A DNA stretch of 50,340 nucleotides from an uncultured Bacteroidales bacterium. GTDB lineage: Bacteria > Bacteroidota > Bacteroidia > Bacteroidales > S143-33. Below, piece after piece: positions 17,720 through 25,902 of this stretch. The notes under the pieces were generated by a model, which did not search any database, was not told the origin of the DNA, and saw only the letters and a list, made by a program, of their open reading frames with translations. Both the position numbers and the translations under genes were made by a program. The first letter of the stretch is position 1; the number at the start of each line of letters is the position of its first letter. The DNA lies in NCBI GenBank assembly GCA_964637235.1, contig CAZWVR010000003.1, positions 1 to 50,340 on the forward strand, read 5' to 3'.

Positions 17720-19534
17720 TTATTTATCAGTCCACTTACCGCTTTCTTTTATTAAATTTACAAGTTCTTCAATTGCGTATTTTTGGTCTATTGTTTTAAC
17801 AGGTTTTTGTCCTTTATAAAGAGTAATTTTTCCGGGAGAAGCTCCGACATAACCGAAATCTGCGTCAAGCATTTCCCCGGGACCATTAACAATGCAGCCC
17901 ATTATAGCTATTTTTATCCCTTTTAAGTGAGAAGTTGCTTTTTTTACTTCTTCTGTAACTTTTTGTAAATCAAATAGTGTTCTAGCACACCCGGGGCATG
18001 AGATATATTCAGCCTTTGTGATTCTTCTACCTGTACTTTGAAGAATTGTATATGCAATGTTAGAAAGTTTTTCAGGATTTATATTTTCACTTTGTATAAA
18101 TAGTCCGTCTATTATTCCGTCTATTAGGAGAATGCCGCTATCGGAAGCTATTTCAATAGCAATATCTTCTTCTGAACTTGTTTTTTTATTGAAATGTAGT
18201 ATTAGAGGTAAATCAATTTTTTGTTTTCGTAGTTTATATGCAGCAAGACGTGTTTCTCCTACTACATTATATGTTTGAGGTTTGAATACAAGGGTAATTT
18301 GTTTTTCTTTTTTCAATTTTGATATGAATTCTTTGGTGATATCATTTAGGGTGAAGATTATAAATTTTTCTTGTGGTATTTTGTTTTTTATGAAGTCGTC
18401 AGCTTGCAGTAGTGGGTATATATTTTCATTTTTTGTATTGTTTTGCCAAATTTTAAAAGGTACTATCAGTTTTGTATTTTCTATATTTTGTGGAATTTCG
18501 GTTGTATAGAAATAATCTGGAACTCTGTCGAGATTTTCTACTTTAAATAAATCTGTGATTACTAACGGGGTATATTTATTGATATTTTTGGGAGTATGAT
18601 AGTATGAGAAAAATTCCTCTTGGATATTTTCTAATTTTGGCGCATTTTTATATTTTTCAATATGCTCTATAATTTTCCAGCATGCAGGTAGTTCGTTTTC
18701 TGGGGGTTCTGTTAAAGAGACACGTATAGTATCGCCTATTCCGTCAATAAGCAAGCCGCCTATTCCTATTGCAGATTTAATTCTACCTTCAATACCATTG
18801 CCAGCTTCTGTTACTCCTAAATGAATAGGGTAATCCATACCTTCTTCATACATTTTTTTGATTAGGAGGCGGTTAGAGTATATCATTACAGCTGGATTAC
18901 TAGCTTTTATGGATATTATTATCTCTTTAAAGTCATATTTTTTGGCTATTCTGAGGTATTCCATAGTGGCTTCAACAAGCCCTTCTACTGTATTTCCGTA
19001 TCTGTATATAATTCTATCGGATAGGGAGCCATAATTTGTGCCTATGCGAATGCTTCTGCCATATTTTTTTGCTTGTTTGAAAAATTCTTTTAATATTTCG
19101 TCTATTTTTTGGAGTTCTGCATTGTATAGCTCATCTGTTATTTTTTTATTTCGTATTTTTTTATCCACAAAATTTCCTGGGTTTATTCTTATTTTTTCAA
19201 AGTATTTCAGAGATTCAAATGCTACTTTGGCATTAAAGTGTACATCTGCTACTAAGGGTTTATCTCCTACCCCTTTTTCGTGCATTTTTCTTTTAATTTC
19301 TTCTGCGGCTTCTACGTCCATAAGGGTCGGTACAGAAATTCTTACATAGTCAGCCCCATTTCTTATTATTGCTATTATTTGTTCTGTGGTCTTTTCTACA
19401 TCTTTTGTATCTGTATCTGTCATTGATTGAACTCTGATAGGGTAGTGTCCTCCTACTGGAACATTTCCTACATATACGATTGATGTTTTAAAACGTTTAT
19501 AGTTTGTTAAACTTGGTATAAAATTATTTTTCAT
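17720..19534 (-). CDS. ispG: 4-hydroxy-3-methylbut-2-en-1-yl diphosphate synthase IspG (long form with inserted domain)
   Basis: VYVGNVPVGGHYPIRVQSMT, with the Fe-S Cys motifs ISCPGCARTLFD and MGCIVNGPGE. At about 600 aa it implies the extra central domain. I preferred the ATG at 19534 (MKNNFIP); the track start 19561 is also possible. Confidence 0.9.
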   Translation of the reverse strand: MKNNFIPSLTNYKRFKTSIVYVGNVPVGGHYPIRVQSMTDTDTKDVEKTTEQIIAIIRNGADYVRISVPTLMDVEAAEEIKRKMHEKGVGDKPLVADVHFNAKVAFESLKYFEKIRINPGNFVDKKIRNKKITDELYNAELQKIDEILKEFFKQAKKYGRSIRIGTNYGSLSDRIIYRYGNTVEGLVEATMEYLRIAKKYDFKEIIISIKASNPAVMIYSNRLLIKKMYEEGMDYPIHLGVTEAGNGIEGRIKSAIGIGGLLIDGIGDTIRVSLTEPPENELPACWKIIEHIEKYKNAPKLENIQEEFFSYYHTPKNINKYTPLVITDLFKVENLDRVPDYFYTTEIPQNIENTKLIVPFKIWQNNTKNENIYPLLQADDFIKNKIPQEKFIIFTLNDITKEFISKLKKEKQITLVFKPQTYNVVGETRLAAYKLRKQKIDLPLILHFNKKTSSEEDIAIEIASDSGILLIDGIIDGLFIQSENINPEKLSNIAYTILQSTGRRITKAEYISCPGCARTLFDLQKVTEEVKKATSHLKGIKIAIMGCIVNGPGEMLDADFGYVGASPGKITLYKGQKPVKTIDQKYAIEELVNLIKESGKWTDK

Positions 19535-20351
19535 TATTTTGGTTTTGCTGGTTAATTTCATCTTTTATTTTAGGGTTTAATTTTATTGGTCTAAATTTCT
19601 GCCGGTTGACTCTTAGATTTATGAATTCTACTGCCATTGAAAAGAATAGTGCAAAATATATATAGCCTCTTGGTATATCCAAATGCACTGCGTCCAAAAT
19701 TAGAGTAAATCCTATCAAAATCAAAAAAGAAAGTGCTAAAATTTCCATACTGGGGTGTAATTTCATAAAATCACCTAATTTTTTTGTAAAAATCATCATT
19801 ATTATTACAGCTATTATGACCGACAATATCATTGCTGGTAGGTTATCTGTGATACCTATGGCTGTTAATATTGAATCGAATGAGAAAACAATATCTACGG
19901 CTATAATTTGTATAATTATGGAAAATAATGAATGAGTTTTTGGCTCAATTTCTTTGCTTTCTCCTTCCATTTTATGGAATATTTCCGAAACTGTTTTGCT
20001 TATTAGAAATAAGCCTCCGATTAAAAGTATAATCTCTCTTATACCAATAGTATGGATTAGGAGACTAAGTTTTACTGAAATTTGCTCGGTTTTTTTATAT
20101 AATTCAATTACTTGTGTATAGTCCATGTTTGGGATAGGGAATAAAGGTTGTTTTAAGTTATCTATTATCCACACTAAGCTGCTCAAAAGGAGTATTCTTA
20201 CAAATATTGCTCCTGTCATTCCGATAATTATAGCTTTATTACGTTTTTTTTCTTTAAGCCGGTTAGAAACTATACTTATAAAAATGATGTTATCTATACC
20301 CAAAATTAATTCTAATATTATTAATGTAATTAAAGCTAAAATAAATTCCAT
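19524..20351 (-). CDS. TerC-family integral membrane protein
   Basis: LELILGIDNIIFISIV and SFDSILTAIG, the duplicated TerC signatures. About 7 TM helices. Confidence 0.9.
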   Translation of the reverse strand: MEFILALITLIILELILGIDNIIFISIVSNRLKEKKRNKAIIIGMTGAIFVRILLLSSLVWIIDNLKQPLFPIPNMDYTQVIELYKKTEQISVKLSLLIHTIGIREIILLIGGLFLISKTVSEIFHKMEGESKEIEPKTHSLFSIIIQIIAVDIVFSFDSILTAIGITDNLPAMILSVIIAVIIMMIFTKKLGDFMKLHPSMEILALSFLILIGFTLILDAVHLDIPRGYIYFALFFSMAVEFINLRVNRQKFRPIKLNPKIKDEINQQNQNNEK

Positions 20352-20601
20352 AAACTACTTTTTTCAAAGTTAGATAAAAAAATCTTTTTATGAAAGCCTT
20401 TGCTATATATTTTTCAACTTTCTGGTAATTAGATTAGTGTGATTTTTGAAATAAAGTTTTTTTATTGAAAATCAATTTATTATTTAGAAAGTAAAACAAG
20501 ATTAGCCTAAATACAAGTTGTTTTTACAAAATATCAAAGTTAGAATGCATTTTTGGCACGTTTTTGGTATTTGATATAACAGAAACTTAAAATAAAAAAA
20601 T

Positions 20602-20802
20602 ATGGAAAATTTCATAAGAGTTGAAAGGGCTAAGAAGAAAATTACACAAGCCGAATTGGCTGAAAAAGTTAATGTTTCCAGACAAACCATTCATGCTATT
20701 GAAACAGGTAAATTTATACCTTCTACTGTATTAGCTCTTAAAATTGCTAAATTTTTCAATGTAAAAATTGAGGATTTGTTTAAATTGGAGGAGAACGATT
20801 GA
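20602..20802 (+). CDS. Small XRE-family helix-turn-helix transcriptional regulator (66 aa)
   Basis: ITQAELAEKVNVSRQTIHAIETGK is a textbook Cro/C1 HTH. Confidence 0.85.
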   Translation: MENFIRVERAKKKITQAELAEKVNVSRQTIHAIETGKFIPSTVLALKIAKFFNVKIEDLFKLEEND

Positions 20803-20892
20803 AAAGGGGCTATGAATTCTTCCGGGCTACTTTTTTAGTTGGTACAGGGAAATTGTTATGCTCTCTGCTGGTAGCCCATTATAGCCCCTTTT
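20802..20892. repeat. Bipartite inverted repeat, probable bidirectional terminator
   Basis: Outer 12-bp perfect arms aaaaggggctat (20802-20813) and atagcccctttt (20881-20892). Inner 7-bp arms gggctac (20824-20830) and gtagccc (20871-20877). The apical region is 40 nt, and T-runs follow the element on both strands. Confidence 0.7.
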
Positions 20893-20893
20893 T

Positions 20894-21265
20894 TTATATG
20901 AATAAGTCTTCTTCTCTATAAGTATTTGAATAGGTTTTTGTCTCTTTATCAGTCTTTTTCCCAGACTTTTTAAATGCCATAAAAGAGCTGAGGGCTGTGC
21001 CAAGTCCACTTAAAAAAGGTAGTATCAGTTTTTTAATGCCGTGATTGGAAAATAAATTTGGGATATATTGCCAAAAGGTTCCTTCCAACTTCAAAGTTTT
21101 TATTACTTCTTTTGTAATATATTCAGCAGAAAGATCGTTTTCTAAATCTTTTAGATGTTTATCTAATAGTTTTTTACGTAAAAATATTTTTTTGTGCAGT
21201 CTTTTTTTATATCTCTGCAAATCGTTAAGATTTCTTACTCTTGCTAATATTTTTTTGTCTTTCAT
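20894..21265 (-). CDS. Hypothetical protein (basic N-terminal coiled coil plus one hydrophobic segment)
   Basis: Track ORF with an ATG start. It overlaps the upstream gene by 41 nt. No motif recognised. Confidence 0.55.
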   Translation of the reverse strand: MKDKKILARVRNLNDLQRYKKRLHKKIFLRKKLLDKHLKDLENDLSAEYITKEVIKTLKLEGTFWQYIPNLFSNHGIKKLILPFLSGLGTALSSFMAFKKSGKKTDKETKTYSNTYREEDLFI

Positions 21266-21620
21266 TTTTATCTAAGTTAAAAAATATGGAAAGAAAAATT
21301 CTTAATAAAGGATTTGTTATAAGAGTATGACGCATTAAAAGTATTATAAGGGCAATAATTAGTGCTCCTGCGGAGGTAGCTAAAAAGCCCCAATACCATG
21401 CTCCCCATAATTTACCTAAGTATAAACTTAGCGCTATTAGTAAAAATAAAAATACAAAAGAGAAAACCATTCCTAATATTGCCCAAAGGATTATTCTGCT
21501 ATATACCTCGACTATTTTTTCAACAGTTTCGGCTTTTAGATAATCAAATTTTAGTTCAATATATCTGCGTATATCCTTAGAGATTTTATTTAGATGTTCC
21601 GATAAGTTTTTTTCTGCCAT
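21225..21620 (-). CDS. Small two-TM membrane protein, holin-X/DUF1469-like
   Basis: An amphipathic N-terminus followed by two long hydrophobic helices. It sits directly after a YtxH gene, an arrangement I recall from the common YtxH/holin-family clusters. The family assignment is from memory only. Confidence 0.55.
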   Translation of the reverse strand: MAEKNLSEHLNKISKDIRRYIELKFDYLKAETVEKIVEVYSRIILWAILGMVFSFVFLFLLIALSLYLGKLWGAWYWGFLATSAGALIIALIILLMRHTLITNPLLRIFLSIFFNLDKNERQKNISKSKKS

Positions 21621-21650
21621 AAATGGTAATTTTCAAAGCCTCAATTTATA

Positions 21651-21677
21651 AAAGCGGGGCATTCATTACCCCGCTTT
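21651..21677 (-). terminator. Hairpin terminator after the YtxH-like gene
   Basis: aaagcgggg-cattcatta-ccccgcttt, a 9-bp perfect stem 15 nt downstream of the stop on the minus strand. Confidence 0.65.
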
Positions 21678-21691
21678 AAATCCATTTCATT

Positions 21692-21895
21692 TTACTCTTC
21701 CGTAGCTGGTTTTTCTTTTTTCTTTTTTAGCTTTTCATAAACTTCTTTTCCTTTATCAGCGTATTCGTCAAATTTTTCACGTATAAGTTTTCGTGTGTCT
21801 TCGCCTTTTTCAGGAGCTAAAAGTAATCCTAATGTTGCGCCTGTGAGTGCTCCTGCTATGAAACCCAAAAGAAATTTTGTTGTAGTATTGCTCAT
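21692..21895 (-). CDS. YtxH-domain protein
   Basis: N-terminal TM with GFIAGALTGATLGLLLAPEKGEDTRK (YtxH signature), then a charged helix. Confidence 0.8.
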   Translation of the reverse strand: MSNTTTKFLLGFIAGALTGATLGLLLAPEKGEDTRKLIREKFDEYADKGKEVYEKLKKKKEKPATEE

Positions 21896-22113
21896 AGCTA
21901 AATCTTTTATTTTTTACAAATCTATGAAAAAAAAATTACAATTGAAAGTCTTTAATAAAAAATTGCTAAATAGCGTTTGACAATTGAGGTATTATATAAG
22001 ATTAGATACTTGGACGGGTTAATAGTTTGCTATAAGCTTTTTGAATATATTGTTAAAAAATTTCGTTTATTTCTTTTATTTAATTGAAAAAGTTATTTTT
22101 ACACAAAAAAAAT

Positions 22114-22968
22114 ATGAAACTATATGCAATAGAAACGGGGACTTTTAAATTAGATGGAGGTGCAATGTTTGGTGTTGTACCTAAAGTACTTTGGAATAAA
22201 ATATATCCTGCGGATGAGAACAATTTATGTACATGGTCTATGCGTGCTTTGCTTATTGATGATGGTAAACGCAGAATTTTGATAGATACTGGCATGGGAG
22301 ACAAACAATCGGATAAATTTTTCGGGCTTTATCATTATACAGATAAAGGCAAAATGCTTAAATCATTAGAGGAGTATGGATACAAACCTGAGGATATTAC
22401 CGATGTTGTACATACCCATTTACATTTTGATCACTGTGGTGGTACTATTAAATACGACGATAAAGGTAATTTAGTACCTACTTTTCCTAATGCTACGATT
22501 TGGGTTAGCAGAGAACATTGGAAAACTGCAACTGAACCAAATCCACGAGAGCGAGCTTCTTTTTTTAAGGAAAATATACTACCAATGCAGCAGAGCGGTA
22601 AGCTTAGATTTATTGAAACCGAGGGACTTCTTTTTGAGAATTTTGAAGTGTTGATTTTTAATGGGCATACTCGGGGGCAAGTCATACCTGTGATAAATGT
22701 AAATGGACATTTTTTGGTATATGGTGGAGATTTATTCCCCTCTTCTGCACATATATATGAGCCTTACATCATGAGTTATGATATGTGTGCTGAACGTACT
22801 TTGGACGATAAAGCTCGCTTTTTTAAAAAGGCGCTGGAAAATAATTACACTATATTTTTTGAGCATGATTATTATAATCAGTGTGCTACTATATATAAAA
22901 CAGAGAAAGGACATAAGGTAAAAGAAACGTTTAATTTGGAGGATTTTTGTAAAAAAGCTGGTTGTTAA
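22114..22968 (+). CDS. MBL-fold metallo-hydrolase
   Basis: HTHLHFDHCGG (the HxHxDH motif). I chose the ATG at 22114 (MKLYAIETG); the track start is upstream. Confidence 0.85.
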   Translation: MKLYAIETGTFKLDGGAMFGVVPKVLWNKIYPADENNLCTWSMRALLIDDGKRRILIDTGMGDKQSDKFFGLYHYTDKGKMLKSLEEYGYKPEDITDVVHTHLHFDHCGGTIKYDDKGNLVPTFPNATIWVSREHWKTATEPNPRERASFFKENILPMQQSGKLRFIETEGLLFENFEVLIFNGHTRGQVIPVINVNGHFLVYGGDLFPSSAHIYEPYIMSYDMCAERTLDDKARFFKKALENNYTIFFEHDYYNQCATIYKTEKGHKVKETFNLEDFCKKAGC

Positions 22969-22980
22969 AAATTATCGCTG

Positions 22981-23619
22981 ATGTTAAGGGCTTTAATTTT
23001 TGATTTTAATGGGGTTATAGTAGAAAGCACTGATAGTAATGCACAAATTTATTATTCTATTTTTTTACGTTTTGGAAAAAATGTTGCTGAAAAAGCCGTA
23101 GAACATTATAAAAAATACGGAGGGATACCTCGCCAGAAGCGGATAGAGATGTATTTACGTGAATTTGCAGGTATCTCTCCGACACATAAATTGATTGAAG
23201 AGCTTTCCCTGGAATTTTCTCGTATGTATATGCAGAGTATCAAAAAAGCTGAATTTGTACCCGGTAGTAAGGAATTTCTGATGAATGAGGGTAAAATCTA
23301 TGACAAATTTCTTTCCAGCGGTGCTCCACAAGATGAACTTCCAGAGATTTTAAAGGCTGTAAATATTTTGCAATATTTCAAAGAAGTTTTTGGTGCTCCT
23401 GCTCCTAAGAGTGAGCACATTTTAACTATTTTGAATAAATATAATTATGCTCCTAATGAAGTAGTTTTTATTGGAGATTCTCCAAAAGATCGTGAAGCTG
23501 CTTTGCACAATGGTATCTATTTTATTGCCCGAGATAGAGGTTTAAAGGAACTTGCAGATGAGCCTTTTAAAATAAAGGATTTAACAGAATTGCCGAACGT
23601 CTTAAAACTTATTTCTTAG
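22981..23619 (+). CDS. HAD-superfamily hydrolase (phosphatase-like) with an atypical motif I
   Basis: Motif I is LIFDFNGVIVES (DxN rather than DxD), motif III-like GDSPKD, and a cap region between them. Confidence 0.75.
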   Translation: MLRALIFDFNGVIVESTDSNAQIYYSIFLRFGKNVAEKAVEHYKKYGGIPRQKRIEMYLREFAGISPTHKLIEELSLEFSRMYMQSIKKAEFVPGSKEFLMNEGKIYDKFLSSGAPQDELPEILKAVNILQYFKEVFGAPAPKSEHILTILNKYNYAPNEVVFIGDSPKDREAALHNGIYFIARDRGLKELADEPFKIKDLTELPNVLKLIS

Positions 23620-24254
23620 TCTAAATAGAGCATTGCGTAATTTTCTTTTAGCCAATTTATACTTTCTTTATACTTCGGATATATTTTTGCTACAAGTGCC
23701 CAAAATTCTTTGGAATGGTTCATATATTTAGTATGAGCTAATTCGTGAGCTATTACATAGTTAACTACAAATGTTGGTGCCATAGCTAATCGCCATGTAA
23801 AAAACAAGCGTTTATCCCACGAGCAAGAACCATAGCGTTTTTTGGCTGATGTAATACTAAAACTTTTATATTTTAAATTATGTTTGCTGCAAAACAAGAA
23901 TAGTTGTTCATTTATATATTTTTTTAACTGCTCTTTATAAAAATTTATAACTTGTTTTTTTCTTTTTTCTCTATGCTTTGAGTGAAGTTCTAAGGTATAT
24001 GCGCATTGGTTCTTTTTATTCAATGATAAACATGTATCTAAAAATGGTAAACGTTCTCCATCTGTGAAGTTATATTTTTGGTATTTTTGTGCGGCTTTTA
24101 GTCTATTTTCTATCCATTTTTTATGTTTTAATATAAAAAAGTTAATGAGCTCTGGGTCAGTTTTTAAAGGTGCTTTGACCAATATTTCTCCTTTATAATC
24201 CACTTTTAAATTGACGTTTTTTACCTTATTTGTAAAAATTATTTTATAATACAT
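23616..24254 (-). CDS. YgjP-like (DUF45/M48-related) metal-dependent hydrolase
   Basis: HELAHTKYMNHSKEFWALV zinc motif near the C-terminus. The length and layout match the YgjP family. Confidence 0.85.
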   Translation of the reverse strand: MYYKIIFTNKVKNVNLKVDYKGEILVKAPLKTDPELINFFILKHKKWIENRLKAAQKYQKYNFTDGERLPFLDTCLSLNKKNQCAYTLELHSKHREKRKKQVINFYKEQLKKYINEQLFLFCSKHNLKYKSFSITSAKKRYGSCSWDKRLFFTWRLAMAPTFVVNYVIAHELAHTKYMNHSKEFWALVAKIYPKYKESINWLKENYAMLYLD

Positions 24255-24354
24255 GATTATGCTACTTCTGATGCTTCTGTATATACAAAATTAGAAAATC
24301 TTAATTTGCTTCAAAATTAAAACTCTTTTATCTTTGTATATAAAAAAGCTAAAT

Positions 24355-25902
24355 ATGAAAAGCTTTGTTGCTTGGCTTACAACTATTTTTCATCATTGGG
24401 GCTTTTCTTCACATGGAGTAGAAATAGCTATTACAGTTGTGTTATTTATAATTCTTCTTTTTATAGCATGGGTTGCTAATTTGTTAACAAAATATGTAAT
24501 TGTTAAGATTGTTGAAGCAATAATTAAGAAGACAAAAAATGACTATGATGATGTATTTATTCAACATAAGGCTTTTAATAATCTTTCGCATATAATTCCT
24601 GCTTTGATTATATATTTTGGAGTACCTTTTACATCTAAAAGTGAGGTTTTCATTGGTGTAATTAGGGATTTGACTTATGTATATCTTATTATTGCTATTT
24701 TATTGGTTATCAATAAGATATTAAATGCATTGAACGATATTTATGAGATTTATGCTGAGAAACGACAAATAAATGTTCATATAAAGCAGTTTATTCAAGT
24801 TGTAAAGATAATTTTTATCATAATTGCCATAATTTTAATTATTTCTGTGATCCTTCATAAAAAACCTGGTGCAATACTCGCAGGTTTAGGTGCTATGACA
24901 GCAGTACTTATGTTAATTTTTCGCGATTCTATTTTAAGTTTTGTTGCAGGTATTCAATTAACTGCATATCAGATGGTTAAAGAGGGTGATTGGATAACGG
25001 TACCTTCTCGCGGCATTGATGGGGATGTTATGGATATTAGTCTTAATACTGTTAAAATACGTAATTTTGATAAGACCATATCTACAATACCTACATATGC
25101 TTTGGTACAGGAGTCTTTTATCAATTGGAAAGGAATGGAGCAGAGTGGTGGGCGTAGAATAAAAAGGAGCATTTATATAGATATGAATTCTATTAAAATT
25201 GCTGATAATGAACTTGTTGAAAAATTACGAAAAATAAGTTTCCTTAAAGAAATTATTGAACAAGAAAATACAGAATTAAGCAATGATTTGATTAAAATTG
25301 CAGAAAATCAGGCTATTACAAATATTACTCTGTTTAGACATTATATTGAAGCTTATATTAGAAAAAATTTCCGAGTTTATAAGAAATATAAAAAGCAAAC
25401 TTTTATCAAGGATTCAGTAGTTATTGAAAGGTTTGTTATAGATGATCCTGAGGAATTTAAAGCAGACTTAGGCAAATACGCTGATAAATATACAGAAGTT
25501 CTTGATGGTAAATTGATTATCAAAGATGTAAATAAGTTTTTAATACATTTTTCTGATAAATATGTGCTTGAAAATAACTATTTATATAAAGTTAATAAGA
25601 GGCAGAAAACAATAATTGTAAAAGGTACAGAAGTTAAGCGAGATTATTATGAAAAGATTTTAATAAAGCCGGGCTTATTTTGTGATGATTTAACAATGCT
25701 TGTGAGGGAATTACCACCTTCGGAAAAAGGATTGCCCATAGAGGTTTATGTTTTTGCTGCTACTACTGATTGGGCTACTTATGAGCAAATACAGGCACGT
25801 CTGATTGAGCATTTATTAGCAGTTATACCTTTATTTGAACTTAGAGCATTTCAGCAACCTGCGGGTAGTGATTTCAATTTACTATTGAATAAGTCTAATT
25901 AA
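24355..25902 (+). CDS. MscS-family mechanosensitive channel with an enlarged C-terminal cytoplasmic region
   Basis: N-terminal TM helices and the MscS beta-domain signature GDWITVPSRGIDGDVMDISLNTVKIRNFDKTISTIPTYALVQESFINW. I chose the ATG at 24355; the track start at 24334 is a TTG. Confidence 0.85.
   Translation: MKSFVAWLTTIFHHWGFSSHGVEIAITVVLFIILLFIAWVANLLTKYVIVKIVEAIIKKTKNDYDDVFIQHKAFNNLSHIIPALIIYFGVPFTSKSEVFIGVIRDLTYVYLIIAILLVINKILNALNDIYEIYAEKRQINVHIKQFIQVVKIIFIIIAIILIISVILHKKPGAILAGLGAMTAVLMLIFRDSILSFVAGIQLTAYQMVKEGDWITVPSRGIDGDVMDISLNTVKIRNFDKTISTIPTYALVQESFINWKGMEQSGGRRIKRSIYIDMNSIKIADNELVEKLRKISFLKEIIEQENTELSNDLIKIAENQAITNITLFRHYIEAYIRKNFRVYKKYKKQTFIKDSVVIERFVIDDPEEFKADLGKYADKYTEVLDGKLIIKDVNKFLIHFSDKYVLENNYLYKVNKRQKTIIVKGTEVKRDYYEKILIKPGLFCDDLTMLVRELPPSEKGLPIEVYVFAATTDWATYEQIQARLIEHLLAVIPLFELRAFQQPAGSDFNLLLNKSN

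Noticed and set aside
20549-20569. Direct repeat aTTTTTGGCA / gTTTTTGGTA with an 11-nt period upstream of the XRE gene (possible operator or -33 elements).
   Set aside because: It is short, T-rich and imperfect. In this base composition it cannot be distinguished from chance without comparative data.
20352-20601. Looked for a yybP-ykoY (Mn2+) riboswitch upstream of the TerC-family gene.
   Set aside because: The leader is uniformly AT-rich, with no GC-rich paired helices or conserved GGGGAGTAG-like elements on the minus strand.
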